Source: Octopus vulgaris (taxonomy: Eukaryota). From it: a DNA stretch of 64,000 nucleotides. The notes beneath the pieces are model-generated. The model was given only the letters and a program-made list of their open reading frames with translations. It ran no database searches and was not told where the DNA came from. The DNA lies in assembly GCA_951406725.2 (NCBI GenBank), contig OX597833.1:12834001-12898000 (forward strand). Reading direction: 5' to 3'. Below, one piece after another: positions 42,147 to 60,172 of this stretch (position 1 is the stretch's first letter; each line of letters opens with the position of its first letter). Position numbers and translations under genes: made by a program.

Positions 42147-42547
42147 TTGTTGATGCCGTCATCGGCAACTTTCTTCTAGAAGCCGTAGCCAAATCGACCT
42201 CAAATCGTACTCAATAGGGGGGGGGGTATATCGCGCTGGGATGGTCACGGCTGGAGAGTTTTTTTTTTTTGACAACAAGAACAACATCAACAATTATCAC
42301 GTGGCTAAACAACAACAGCAAAAAAAAAAAAAGTCGAAAAAACCAAAAAAAAAACCAAAGCATTGACACGTTGTTTCCTGACCTGTTAGAAGTAGCAGCC
42401 AAACAGACCTCAAATCCTGCGTTACCGTTTTCTATAACAGTAACATCACCGTTGTAATTGTTTCTCTTACCCCACCTTTATTGCCGTTGTCGTCGTCGTC
42501 GTCACTATCACCGCCACAAGCATCACCAGCACCACCACTACTACCAC

Positions 42548-42586
<39 letters not shown>

Positions 42587-43010
42587 TATTGTCGTGATCC
42601 AAATCGTGGTCGTCGTCATCATCATCCTTACCACCACCACCACCACCACCACCATCACCAAAACTACCACCACCACCAGCACCAGTACCACCAGCACCAT
42701 CACCATCACCAGCACCATCACCAAAACCACCACTAGCACCATCACCATCGACAGCACCAGCAGCACCACCATCACCACCATCACCATCATCAAAACCACC
42801 ACCACCACCATCACCAAAACTACCACCACCACCAAAACCACCACCACCAAAATCACCACCTCCAAAACCACCACTAGCACCAGTACCACCAGCACCATCA
42901 CCATCGCCAGCACCAGTACCAGCATCATCACCACCAAGACCACCAAAACCACCATCACCATCAAAACCACCACCACCACCCACGTCCTCCTTATCGTCGT
43001 CGTTGTCGTC
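40722..43010. repeat. Region of compound (ACC)/(ACT)/(GCC)/(CAA) trinucleotide repeats with short unique islands
   Basis: Directly visible. Confidence 0.9.
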
Positions 43011-43206
43011 GTCATCGAATTGTGGAAAGTTCAAATGTTTTTCTAAAACACTTCAAGCGGACTAAATACAACCACTTGATGAATTTGAAAACATTTCAAC
43101 GGATTCTCTTCGCCTGTATGTGTGTGTGTGTGCGTATTTGTGTGTGTACGTGTGTGTGTGTGCGTGTGTGTATTCATACATACAAGAATACATATATGCA
43201 TATTCG

Positions 43207-43283
<77 letters not shown>

Positions 43284-43290
43284 TTGTCTG

Positions 43291-43340
<50 letters not shown>

Positions 43341-43523
43341 GATCTACTTTTCTCTCTCCCTCCCTGTGTATATATGAATGCTCGAAGCGACGAGTAGACA
43401 GTCGACAACTGCTGAAGGGTCCTTTCTCTGCGTTTATTTGTCCTGTTTTCCAGTTTTTTCTCGTTGTTTATTTCATATTATTTGCACCGTTGGTGACGTC
43501 CAGTACCCATAAATGCATGTATG

Positions 43524-43583
<60 letters not shown>

Positions 43584-43598
43584 TATATATACATACAT

Positions 43599-43661
<63 letters not shown>

Positions 43662-43736
43662 AACATATACATAAAGTCTATTCTTAGCATATTGGCATAG
43701 AAATCTTGTTTTATTTTGCCCTTATTTATAATTATA

Positions 43737-44249
43737 CTAGCAGTATCGCCCGGCGTTGCTCGGGTTTGTAAGGGAAATAACTGTATAAGCATTTTTAGAG
43801 AGTTACTTCCCTTATAGATGCCAATTCGGGCTTTCTTAGCCATTTCTGTTTTGGTGTCTTCAAGCCATGAAGTCGTTGTTCCAAAAGAACGCTGGTCTCC
43901 TTGACAACGCTTTACGACGTTGATTTCCTTACACTCCCTTCCCCACAGCTTCACGAGGGAGGGAAGAAGGGGGAGAAGCAAACAGGTGCAGGTGTGACCA
44001 TGGACGCCAACTCCGCCGCCATCGACACACGAAAAATTATGCATTAAAATGGAATAAAAAATGATGTTAAATTATTTTTAAAATCGTAGACTCATCGTAG
44101 ACGCGCGCTAATACCCCGACGAGCTCGATATGAATCACGACTATAAGATACCCGAATTTGGTTAAACTGCACTGCAAAATGTGGGAGTAGTTAGGAATCT
44201 AAATCGAAGGGGACAGACACTCACACAACTACAGTTTTATATATATAGA
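43737..44249 (-). mobile_element. Complete non-autonomous Helitron
   Basis: Minus strand: A|TCtatatatataaaa ... cccgagcaacgccgggcgatactgCTAG|T. Confidence 0.9.
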
Positions 44250-44416
44250 TGTATGTATATGTATATACACGTATATATATATATATATGTATTTATATAC
44301 AAATACATTATACGTACACACACACACGCAAACAAGTACGTGGACTGTGTTAATCTTGTTCTATATGTCTGTCAACAAATCTGCTTGCGGTCTATCTATC
44401 TATCTATCCATCCATC

Positions 44417-45395
<979 letters not shown>

Positions 45396-45560
45396 CATTC
45401 ATCGATTTGTATATATACATATATGTACATAAGTATTCATCCATTCTTCTGTATACATATGTGTGTGTATCAAGGTATATAAACTTACACATATATTCGT
45501 ACCAGTTTGATAGGTGCTATGCACGAAACTCTTATTCCTTGAGTCATTTTTGCAACTTTC

Positions 45561-45649
<89 letters not shown>

Positions 45650-45653
<4 letters not shown>

Positions 45654-45844
45654 TTAGCTCCTACACGCATTTTTTGTCTCCTTGTTTCTCTCCTTGTTTT
45701 TTTCTGTGTATCTTTCTGTCGAAGAGCGTGGACTCGAAACGTAAAAGACTTGTTCTATTTCTATTCCTGAGCGCCATACTAATACATTTATTTGTTTGTA
45801 CTCCACTTGCCTTCGTCTTTTGTTTATTTTCGTAAACCTTCCCG

Positions 45845-45848
<4 letters not shown>
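45650..45848 (+). mobile_element. Hammerhead-like short element E2 between (TA)n tracts
   Basis: TCTTT-CTGTCGA-A-GAGcgtggaCTC-GAAAC-GTA-AAAGA at 45711-45748. Confidence 0.75.
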
Positions 45849-45916
<68 letters not shown>

Positions 45917-46176
45917 AATATATGCATATATACGTACATATATGTACATACCTACATATATATGAATGTATACTTGCATATATTGTCACAGGACATCATA
46001 AAATTAAAAAAAAAACGTAGACACAATGAGAAACGAAAACATAGAAAACGAAATTTTTTTCGAACAATGAAACAAAAACAGAGAACCGAGACATGCAACA
46101 TAAAGAACATTCCCTTCATCAGTTGTCCCTGTTTCATCTACTCCGCGTTTCGAAGGTAAGGACAATAAATAAATAC

Positions 46177-46218
<42 letters not shown>

Positions 46219-46382
46219 CAATATTAAATTTCTGATTGAGAATTAAACAGTAGCAGCACAGAATCGGGAAGTATAATTGCCCAGCCGGGGGAGATGTCTT
46301 CCTGGGGCTATAAACAACAGAAGCATCGCCCCCTATGGGACCGCCACATTTAGGTGGAAAATGTACTTTATATATATATAAT

Positions 46383-46413
<31 letters not shown>

Positions 46414-46493
46414 TGTCACAATATATTGATTCGAGTAATCCGGTAATATTTATAAAAAAAGCTCCTTAATGTACCATTCTATAAAACTTAGGT

Positions 46494-46856
46494 GGAGGTG
46501 CAATGGCCCAGTGGTTAGGGCAGCGGACTCGCGGTCTTAAGATCGCGGTCTCGATTCCCAGAGTGAGTGTTTATTGAGCGAAAACACCTAAAGCTTCACG
46601 AGACTCTGGCAGAAAGTGGTGGCGATCCCCGCTGTACTCTTTCGTTACAACTTTCTCTCACTCTTTCTTCCTGTTTCTGTTGTACCTGTATTTCAAAGGG
46701 CCAGCCTTGTCACACTCTGTGTCATGCTGAATCACCCCTGGAATTACGTTAAGGGTAAACTCGTCTGTGGAGTGGTCAGCCACTTGCACATTAATTTCAG
46801 GAGCAGGCAGTTCCGTTGATCGGATCAACTGGAACCTACGTCTTCGTAACCGACCG
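46494..46856 (+). mobile_element. SINE family A, tail type 2 (diverged)
   Basis: Match to 2880-3263. Confidence 0.88.
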
Positions 46857-46874
46857 ACTGAGTGTCAAGATATA

Positions 46875-46943
<69 letters not shown>

Positions 46944-46947
<4 letters not shown>

Positions 46948-47630
46948 AGAATTCACAAAATAAAACAAAAGATAAAGACAGGTGGGGTAGGCAACAAACA
47001 GATGTATTAGTATAACGCTCGGGAAGTGAAAAAGTCTAACGTTTCGAGCCTACGCTCTTCCACGGAAAGGAACACAGAAAGAAACAAGGAGAGAAAATAA
47101 AGAATGTGTAGTGGCTAGCAATCTATCAAGGCGAATACCGGACAGAAGGATCACATAGGAGAGCTAGGGAGAAGGGGAGATAATAAAGTAGTGATGATCC
47201 CAAAACGAAGGTGTGCGTGTGTATGTATAAGAGAGTTTGTATATGCGTGTGGAAGTGGGCTGGTGATCTTGACGTATGCGTGTGTGTATGTGTAGGTGTG
47301 AAAATGTGGTTCTGGGAAGTGGTTAGTGCTGATGTGTGCGTGGTGGTGTGTTGTGATGCGATGTGTTGTGTGGTATGGTGGTGCAAAGTGTAGTGGTGTG
47401 TGGTGTGTGGTGTGTGGTGTGGTGTGATGGTGTTGGGCGGTCGTGGAGGCGAGAATGAGAATTTACAAAAAACAAAAGACGAAGACGGGTGTGTAAACAA
47501 CAAACACATGTATTAGTTTAACGTCCGGGAGTGAGAAAGTCTTTTACGTTTCGAGCCTACGCTCTTCGACAGGAAGGAACACAGAAATAAACAGGGCGAG
47601 AAAATAGAAAAAGGTATAGTGGCTAGCGAT

Positions 47631-47632
<2 letters not shown>
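46944..47632 (-). mobile_element. Two direct E2 repeats (~180 bp) flanking a ~325-bp non-coding spacer; retrozyme/pseudo-LTR-like
   Basis: 46944-47128 and 47455-47632 both contain acgtttcgagcctacgctcttc; (TA)n on both sides. Confidence 0.7.
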
Positions 47633-47697
<65 letters not shown>

Positions 47698-47794
47698 GTA
47701 AACGTCGAACGCTGAAGATGAGTCCTGAATACCGCATTGGTGGGTAGAATTTCTTTATTTGCGTATTAAGGCTACATACATACATACATACATA

Positions 47795-47837
<43 letters not shown>

Positions 47838-48255
47838 GATAGATAGATAGATAGATAGATAGACAGATAGATAGATAAATGTCTGTATGAATGTACGAGT
47901 CTGTATACCTGTGTGTTTACCACTCCCTCAGTTCGACATACTGACACACAAGCAGACATATACAATATCTACCACACATACACACACAGGCACCCAAACA
48001 TTGTCGCTGACGCCAGCACTGTTCCTCCCCCACCTCGCTTACACACTACATTGACACGATCACATTCTTTTACACACAGACACAACCACCCCGCAGCCAC
48101 ACGTAGACGCACTATCAATTTCCGTTCACACACCTGACAATCCTGCCTCCTCTCCGCCGCCTCCTCTCCTCCGCCTCCTCTCCTCAGCCCCTTCTTCTTC
48201 CTCCTTTCCATTCCTCTTCCCCACCCTCTTGTGTCTTTCGCCTTCTTTCACTCAG

Positions 48256-48295
<40 letters not shown>

Positions 48296-48331
48296 GACTC
48301 TTTTCCCACCTGTTTTCTTTTCTTGATGCTC

Positions 48332-48442
48332 AAGAAGAAGAAGAAGAAGAAGAAGAAGAAGAAGAAGAAGAAGAAGAAGAAGAAGAAGAAGAAGAAGAAG
48401 AAGAAGAAGAAGAAGAAGAAGAAGAAGAAGAAGAAGAAGAAG

Positions 48443-48474
<32 letters not shown>

Positions 48475-48545
48475 GAAGGAGAAGAAGAAGAAGAAGAAGA
48501 AGAAGAAGAAGAAGAAGAAGAAGGAGAAGAAGAAGAAGAAGAAAA
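48332..48545. repeat. (GAA)n microsatellite
   Basis: Directly visible. Confidence 0.97.
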
Positions 48546-48614
48546 ACAAGAACAAGAACAAGAGCAACAACAACGACAAACGGCTCACCACCACAACAAC
48601 AACAACAATAATAT

Positions 48615-48825
48615 AATCCTTTCTGCTATAGGCAGAGGGCCTGAAATTTTGGCGGAGGGGACTAGTCGAATATACCAAGCCCCTGTGATCGACCCGTACT
48701 CAATTTATCGATCCCGAAAGAATGAAAGGTAAAGTCGACGTCGGTGGAATTTGAACTCAGGACGTAAAAAACGGACGATATACCGCTACCCGTTTTGCCC
48801 CGCAAGCTTACGACTCTGCCAGCTC
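48615..48825 (-). mobile_element. Diverged SINE C
   Basis: Core and alternative tail. Confidence 0.75.
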
Positions 48826-48940
48826 CCCCCCCCCCACAACAGCAATAGTGATGAAAGTCTCATGTTTTGGCTCAAAGCCAATAATCTTTGTGTGAGGAGG
48901 TAAGTCAATTACACCGACTCCACTATTTGACTAGTGCTTA

Positions 48941-49735
48941 TCTCTTTTACTCTTTTACTCGTTTCAGTAATATGACTGCGGCCATGCTGGAGCACCGCCA
49001 TTCAGTCGAGCAAATCGACACCAGGACTTATTCTTTGCAAACCTAGTACTTATTGTATCGGTCTCTTTCGCCGAACCGCCAAGTTGCGGTGACGTAAACA
49101 CACCAGCATCGGTTGTCAAGCAATGTTGGGGCGACAAACACAGACACATAAACATATACACACACATATACATATACATATATACCACGGGCTTGTTTCA
49201 TTTTCCTATTTCTTTATTGCCCACAAGGGGCTAAACATAGAGGGGACAAACATAGCCCACAAGGGGTTAAACATAGAGGGGACAAACATAGCCCACAAGG
49301 GGCTAAACATAGAGGGGACAAACATAGCCCACAACAGGCTAAACATAGAGGGGACAAACATAGCCCACAAGGGGCTAAACATAGAGGGGACAAACAAGGA
49401 CAGACAAACGGATTAAGTCGATTACATCAACCCCAGTGCGTCACTGGTACTTAATTTATCGACCCCGAAAGGATGAAAGGCAAAGTCAACCTCAGCGGAA
49501 TTTTGAACTCAGAACCCAGCTCGGACGAAATGCCACAAAGCGTTTAACCCGGCGTGCTAACGATTCTGCCAGCTCACCGCCTTGTTTCAGTTTCCGTCTA
49601 CCAAATCCACTTACAAGGCTTTGGTCGGCCCGAGGCTATAGTAGAAGACACTTACCCGAGGTGCTACGCTGTGGGACTGAACCCGGAGCCATGTGGTTTG
49701 TAAGCAAGCTACTTACCACACAGCCACTCCTACGC
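48941..49735 (-). mobile_element. SINE B interrupted by SINE C (49206-49582)
   Basis: B halves flank C; cttgtttca(t/g)tttcc is duplicated at the junctions. Confidence 0.85.
49219..49395. repeat. 36-bp minisatellite x5 derived from the SINE C 3' end
   Basis: Unit gcccacaaggggctaaacatagaggggacaaacata. Confidence 0.92.
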
Positions 49736-49947
49736 TTATCGACAACATTGACAGCATAACATTGACAACCACACCAATATTGACAAAAGTCAACATTGAC
49801 ACTTTAACGCTTAAAACAGTGATAGTATTGACAAGAACGACAGTAAGGACAATGATAACAATATTGTCAACAACCATAACGTTGGCAGTAGCTACAATAT
49901 TGGCATCACAACATTGAAAATGATTCATCATTGACAACCACAATAAT

Positions 49948-50655
49948 CCATTTCCGCTATAGGCAAAAGGCCTGAAATTTTAGGGGAGGGGACGAGTCGA
50001 AAGAATGAAAGGCAAAGTCGACATCGGCGGAATTTGAACTTAGAAGGTAGCGGAAGGCAAAATACCACTAAGCATTTCGCCTGGTGTGCTAACGATTCTT
50101 ATTTCTTTATTGCCCACAAGGGGCTAAACATAGAGGGGACAAAGACAGACAAACGGATTAAGAAGTTTGTTTATTTAATCGACCCCCAAAGGATAAAAGG
50201 CAAAGTCGACCTCGGCGGAATTTGAACTCTGAACGAAATACCTATTTCTTTACCACCTACAAGGAGCTAAACATAGAGGGAACAAACAAGGACAGACAAA
50301 GGGATTAAGTCGATTATATCGTCCCCAGTGCGTAACTGGTACTTATTTAATCGACTCCGAAAGGATGAAAGGCAAAGTCAACCTCGGCGGAATTTGAACT
50401 CAGAACGTATTGGCTGACAAAATACCTATTTCTTTACTACCCACAAGGGGCTAAACACAGAGAGGGCAAACAAGGACAGACAAAGGGATTAAGTCGATTA
50501 CATCGACCCCAGTGCATAACTGGTACTTATTTAATCGACCCCAAAAGGATGAAAGGCAAAGTCGACCTCGGCGGAATGTGAACTCAGAACGTATGGGCAG
50601 ACGAAATACGGCTAAGCATTTCGCCCGACGTGCTAACGTTTCTGCCAGCTCGCTG
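49948..50655 (-). mobile_element. SINE C tandem array (4 units)
   Basis: Head at ~50652, followed by repeated cores. Confidence 0.88.
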
Positions 50656-51049
50656 TCTTTGACAACCATAATAATGACAGCAATATCAACATTGTTAGCA
50701 ACATAATAACATAATAGCATCAACAACATTATCATTAGCCATCGCAACATTGATAACAACAGCATGGATAATGACACAACATTGTCAATATTAACAACAA
50801 AAACGACAGTATTGACATTAACGGCAACTGTCAAAATTGACAGCAACAACAGTACCAACAATAATGACAGCGTCAAAACTTTTGGGAATTAAAGAAAAAA
50901 AAATCAAGGAGAAAATTGAATGAAATTGTAAAATGTCGAAAGAACTAAAGAAAGAAAGATAACAAAATATTATGCTATAAAAGGGGAACGAAAATTTAAG
51001 AGAAGGATAGCAGGAAAAGAAGGAGCGTGGGAGGAAAGAGAGAAGGAAA

Positions 51050-51148
51050 GGGGAAAGATGATGGAAGACTGACAGAAAGAAAGAATGTGGAAGAAAGAAA
51101 GAAAGAAAAAAGAAAGAAAGAGGGTGGAAGAAAGAAAGAAAGAGGGAG

Positions 51149-51180
<32 letters not shown>

Positions 51181-51344
51181 GGTGGAAGAAAGAAAGAAAG
51201 AAAGAGGGGAAGAAAGAAAGAAAGAAAGAGGGCCGAAGAAAGAAAGAAAGAAAGAGGGAGAGAAAGAAAGACAGAAAGAAAGAAAGAAAGAAAGAAAGAA
51301 AGGAAGGAAGAAAGGAAGAAAGAAAGCAAGAAAGAAAGAGGGAG

Positions 51345-51375
<31 letters not shown>

Positions 51376-51448
51376 GGGTGGAAGAAAGAAAGAAAGAAAG
51401 AGGGTGGAAGAAAGAAAGAAAGAGGGAGAGAAAGAAAGAAATGGTAAA

Positions 51449-51485
<37 letters not shown>

Positions 51486-52493
51486 GAAAATGATGTTGGA
51501 AGAAAGAGAAGAACAGAGAAAGAATGAGTGAAATAGTAAAGAAGGAATGAGAAGAGGTAGAGTGACTAAAGAGATAAAAGTTAATCAAATAAAGGGGGGG
51601 ACGAAGAAAGAATGAGATAAAGAAAGGGAGAAAGGAAAGAAAAGGAAAACAAGAGAGAAGGGAAGGAGGGGAGATAGTAAGAGGAGAAGAAATGCAAAAA
51701 AGGAATCAGTGAAGAAGACTGAGTGGCGATGGTGGTGGTGGGGGAAGAGGTACGAAGGAGAGAATAAGAGATGGTGAGAATTAAAGAGAGAGAGAGAGAG
51801 AGAGAGTGTGAGAGATAGAGATAGAGATAGAGAGAGAGAGAGAGATTGTGCCTGTTAAAGAGACAATGAGAGAGGAAAGAAAGAAAGAAGGAAAGGTTGG
51901 AAAGAAGGAAAGAAAGAATGATGTAGAAAGATAGAGAGGTAGAATGATAGGGAGATAGAGAGAGGTAGGGAGAGATGGGGAGATAGAGAGACAGAGAGGT
52001 AGGGAGATAGGGAGGAAGAGAGAGGTAGAGAGATAGAGAAAGTTTGAGAGAGATAGGAAGATAGAGAGACAGAGAGGTAGGAAGATAGAGAGGGAGAGAG
52101 GGAGGTAGAGAGATAGAGAAAGTTTGAGAGAGGTAGGGAGATAGAGAGAGTTTGATGGCGGTAGGGAGTTAGAGAGACATGGAAATAGGGAGATAGAAAG
52201 AGGTAGGAAGATAGAGAGATAGAGAGATAGAGAGAGGTAGGGAGATAGGAAATAGAGAGAGAGGTAGAGGGATAGGGAGAGTTTGAGAGAGTTAGGAAGA
52301 TAGATAGAGAGATGTAAGGAGATAGAGAGATAGAGAGAGGTTGGGAGATAGAGAAAGTTTGAGAGAGGTAGGGAGATAGAGAGAGGTAGGAAGACAGAGA
52401 GACAGAGAGAGAGAGGTAGAGAGGTAGAGAGATAGAGAGAGGTTGGGAGATAGAGAGAGTTTGAGAGAGGTAGGGAGATAGAAAGAGGTAGGA

Positions 52494-52528
<35 letters not shown>

Positions 52529-52692
52529 GAGAGATAGAGAGATAGAGAGAGGTTGGGAGATAGAGAGAGTTTGAGAGAGGTAGGGAGACAGGGAGATAGA
52601 GAGAGATAGAGACAGGTAGTGACAGTGAAAGAGAAGTAGTAAAATAAGAAGATAGAGAGGGAAATACAAAGAAATAGAGAGATAGAAGGAGA

Positions 52693-52724
<32 letters not shown>

Positions 52725-52764
52725 TAAACACAGATGGAAAGGTAGAGAGGAAAAAGATACAGAT

Positions 52765-52808
<44 letters not shown>

Positions 52809-52810
52809 TG
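51050..52810. repeat. Polypurine region: (GAAA)n-based and gagaggtagggagata-based minisatellites
   Basis: Directly visible. Confidence 0.9.
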
Positions 52811-53053
52811 AAAGAGAATGACGTAGAAAGTTGTGGATTTTGTTTAGCCCAAGGTCAACAGTTATGGCATAACCATTACCACATTGCCGAACAAGTCCTT
52901 CCTTTTTTAAGATGCATGTGAGATGGATTGACTTGCTATTTCGGGCAGGTTGATATACCACGTAGTGAGTCCATCGCTTTTTGTACGAAGAGAAGAAATC
53001 TAATGAGAAAGCCAAGGGATGAGGAAGTGAACAGGTAGGAAGATGGCTGATTG

Positions 53054-53389
53054 ATGTATGTATGTATGTATGTATGTATGTATGTATGTATGTATGTATG
53101 TATGTATGTATGTATGTATGTATGTATGTATGTATGTATGTATGTGTGTGTGTGTGTGTATGTGTGTATGTATGTATGTGTGTATGTATGTATGTATGTA
53201 TGTATGTATGTATGTATGTATGTATGTATGTGTGTGTGTGTATGTATGTGTGTATGTGTGTATGTATGTATGTATGTGTGTATGTATGTATACATATGTA
53301 CATACAACACATACACTAAGGAATGCACAATATCTATATAAAAATGAACTGCTAGATAGGAAGACAGATAGATAAGTGTACGTGTGTGT

Positions 53390-53461
<72 letters not shown>

Positions 53462-53552
53462 TATATATATATATGTGTGTATGTGTGTGTATATATATAT
53501 ACACACACATACATACATGTGTGTATATAGTGTGTGAGATTATGCATGGGTG

Positions 53553-53586
<34 letters not shown>

Positions 53587-53857
53587 TGTATGTATGTATG
53601 TATATATGTATGTATGTATGTATGTATGTGTATATACATATATGTATGTATATATAAATACATATTATATGCATATATGTATATATATGTATATATATAC
53701 ACACACACACATATATATATATACGTTTGTATGTATGTGTGTCTGTGTTTCTGTGTATGTATATATATATACATATATAAATACATATATATAGAGAGAT
53801 ATACATGTATTTATACATACATACAAACATACATACAAACATACATACATACATACA

Positions 53858-53893
<36 letters not shown>

Positions 53894-53980
53894 TATCTAT
53901 ATATCTCTCTCTATATATATACATACATACACACATATATATATATACATGCATACACACATATGTATATATATACATTT
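53054..53980. repeat. (TATG)/(TA)/(TG)/(TACA) compound microsatellites
   Basis: Directly visible. Confidence 0.93.
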
Positions 53981-54384
53981 AGGTAGAGAGAAAACTAAAT
54001 AGATTCAGAGATAACAGATATTTAATGGGGGGGAAAGTGAAAGTAAATGTTTGTGTGTGTGTATATATATCTATGAGAAAAGAGATAACGTGGATTATAT
54101 ATATATATGTATATATATACAGAGAGAGAGAGAGAGATAAAGTGAGAGAGAGAAAGAGGAGAGGAAGAGAAGGAGTAAAGACAACTATTTTGCGATGTGT
54201 ATTGAAATTTCTTTTTTTTTTCCACTTGTTCTTGAGGAATGTGTCCCGTCAAAGGAGACGAGTGAAGGTGCCGGAGCATTGTTGGCAAAACAGCAACGTA
54301 AGGAGAACTACAAACGCAGCAACAAGCAGCAGCGGTAGCAGCAGCGGTAGCAGCAGCAGCAACACCATACAAACACCAGCGTCA

Positions 54385-55070
54385 CCACTGTTACCACCAC
54401 CACTGTTACCACCACCACCACCACCACCACCACCACCACCACCACCCACCGCCACCGCCACCACCACCTCTACGCCGCCACCGCCACCACCACCTCTACG
54501 CCGCCACCGCCACCACCACCTCTACGCCGCCACCGCCAATATTAAAACCTACCATCGCAACATCGCTATCACCACCACCACCACCACCACCACCATACCA
54601 CCACCACCATACCACCACCATCACCAACACCATCACAACCGACACCACCAGCAGCAGCATCTTCCCCACCACTACCCCCTCCCCCCGCCATTACCACCAA
54701 CACAAACATCACCTTCACCACCACCACCAACAGCACCACCACCACCACCACTGCCGCCGCCAATATTAAAACCCACCGCCACAACATCGCTATCACCGCC
54801 ACCATACCACCAACACCACCGCCACTACCAACACCATCACAACCGACACCACCAGCAGCAGCATCTTCCCCCACCACTACCACAACGACCCCCTCCCCCG
54901 CCATCATCCCGCCACTACCACCAACACGAACATCACCTTCACCACCACCACCACCATCACCACCACCAGCGCCACCAACAGCACCACCACCACCACCTCC
55001 ATACCGCTGTTACACCACCACCACCTCCATACCGCCGTTGCACCACCACCACGTCTGGCACTACTACCAG
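54385..55070. repeat. (ACC)-rich tract containing a ~200-230-bp tandem duplication
   Basis: ccaatattaaaacc and aaccgacaccaccagcagcagcatcttccccaccactacc each occur twice. Confidence 0.85.
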
Positions 55071-56249
55071 AATGTAACGAGGCGAATGTCTTCGTGGTAG
55101 CCCTACCTGTCAGAAATGACAGTCGAATCTCCAAATTAAAGACCTACCATGTAATAACTAGAAGGACACGTTGGATGGCGTAGTCTTGGATATAGCATAT
55201 ATGATAACAACTTGGAAGGGCACGCTTGGAACGCTTCTGGTCGTAAATCTCTCTCGAACTTGGACTGATCACAACCAGCAACAACAATGTTACGACAGGT
55301 ACAACAACCGATTCACCGCAGCAGCCACTTCACTACTACGACGACGACGACGACCACCACCACCACCACCAGCAACACCAACACCACCACCTTCATCGTT
55401 ACCATCACCATCACCATTGTTTCCACTACCTTCCCCCCTCCTGGGCCGCTCCTGCTACCACTGCTTTCGCCACCATCACTGCCGCTACGACAGGTATAAC
55501 AACATTAGCAAGCCAGCAAGCAAGTATCTAATCACCACCACAACATCCACAACCACTACCACAGCCACAACTACAAGTGTTGCATACAGGTATCCAACTA
55601 GCCTCGGAAAGGCTCCAGATGTTACGAGTGGGGCCCCTATCCCAAAAGCTGCCCCTTCGTATAAATCCAACATAATTTATAAGTGAAAAAGTCATTTGAC
55701 GAGGAGAGATAGAGGAAGAGAGGTCGACGGTCTGACGAGAAAGAAAGAGAGACAAACAGAAAGAAGAGAAGGACGAAAGAAAAAGCAAGACAGATACTTA
55801 ACTTGTTGGGGTTTCCGATTGCGCTTAGCTTTAATGGAGAAATTGGTCTTCATAGCTCTTCATAACCACTGGGCAGTGGTTAACTGTACGTCCGCTGGTT
55901 CGTCGATGTATCTCTCTTTCTCTCTTGCTGTCACTTTACACTTCTGTATCTGTCTTTCTTTTTTAACCTCTCTCTTTCTCTTTCTCTCTTTTTCTCATAG
56001 GAACTGGACACCGAAACACATACACCGACATACACATACACACACATATATATACACACACGCGTGCATACAGGCATACACACGCGCATACACTCACATG
56101 CAGATAGAGGTATATTTATACAGAGAGGCTGGTTGGTCGTTTAGTTAGATTGGTGAAGGATAGATGTAGATAGATTAACAGATAACGTTCGAAAAGCGAC
56201 AGACCCGTACGTAAATGGAAGAACAGAGTCATACTCAGAAAGACAAGCT

Positions 56250-59190
<2,941 letters not shown>

Positions 59191-59279
59191 AAAGGTGTAA
59201 TAATAGCTTTCTCGTTAAATTAGCTTCGCTCTGCCTGGTCCTTTCCAAAATTTTCTCGTTGGACGTCACAACCATGACA

Positions 59280-60160
59280 AACTACCACCGACACCACCAC
59301 CACCACAACTACCACCACAACCACAACCACCACCACCACTACACCACCATCACCACCACTGAACCATCATCATCACCACTATCACCACCACCACCACCAC
59401 CACCACCACCACACACAACCATCATCATCACCACAACCATCGCCACCACTGAACCATCACCATCACCACCACAACCACCACAACCATCATCACCACCACC
59501 ACCACCACCACCACAACCATCACCACCACTGAACCATCACCATCACCATCACCACAGCCACCACCACCACAACCACCACAACCACAACCACATCCATCAC
59601 CACCACCACACCATCACCACCACCACCATCACCACCACCACAACCATCATCACCACCATCACCACAACAACCATCACCACTACCACCACCACCACCACCA
59701 CTACTACACCACCCCACCACAACCACAACCATCACCACCACCACCATCACCACCACCACAGCCACCACAACCACCACCACCACCAACACCACAACCACCA
59801 CAACCACCACCACCACCACCACCACCACCACCACCACAACCATCATCACCACCACCATCACCACCACCACCATCACCACCACCACTACCAGAACAACAAC
59901 AACTACCTCACAAGTAAGCAACACCACCACCACCATCACTACCATCACTACCACCACCAGCCCAACTACCAGCATCACCACTACCAAAACAACAACTATC
60001 ACCATCACCACCAGAAATACTATCAATGTCACAGTCAGCCCTTCTCCTTTTCCCTCACCTCTCCTCCTCCACCACCACCATCTCCCTTCTTCTTCTTCCC
60101 TATCACACCTTACTACTACTACTACTACCACTACTACTAAACCACCACCACCACCACCGC
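59280..60160. repeat. Degenerate (ACC)n/(ACT)n tract
   Basis: Directly visible. Confidence 0.92.
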
Positions 60161-60172
60161 AAGTCAAAATCT

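Noticed and set aside
42432-43034. Gly/Asp-rich 200-aa ORF resembling a structural protein
   Set aside because: Explained by a degenerate (ACC/ATC)n tract that is open in several frames
49219-49395. 36-bp repeats as a CRISPR array
   Set aside because: No spacers, SINE-derived, eukaryotic context, no cas genes
51781-53312. 316- and 485-aa S/L-rich ORFs
   Set aside because: Polypurine minisatellite read on the pyrimidine strand
54025-55686. 350-aa Pro/His-rich ORF and the following ORF
   Set aside because: Built from ACC repeats and a local duplication, starts in TA/GA microsatellites, and has no domain
55862-55882. Hairpin taaccactg-gg-cagtggtta
   Set aside because: Short and single; resembles a SINE A head remnant or a chance match
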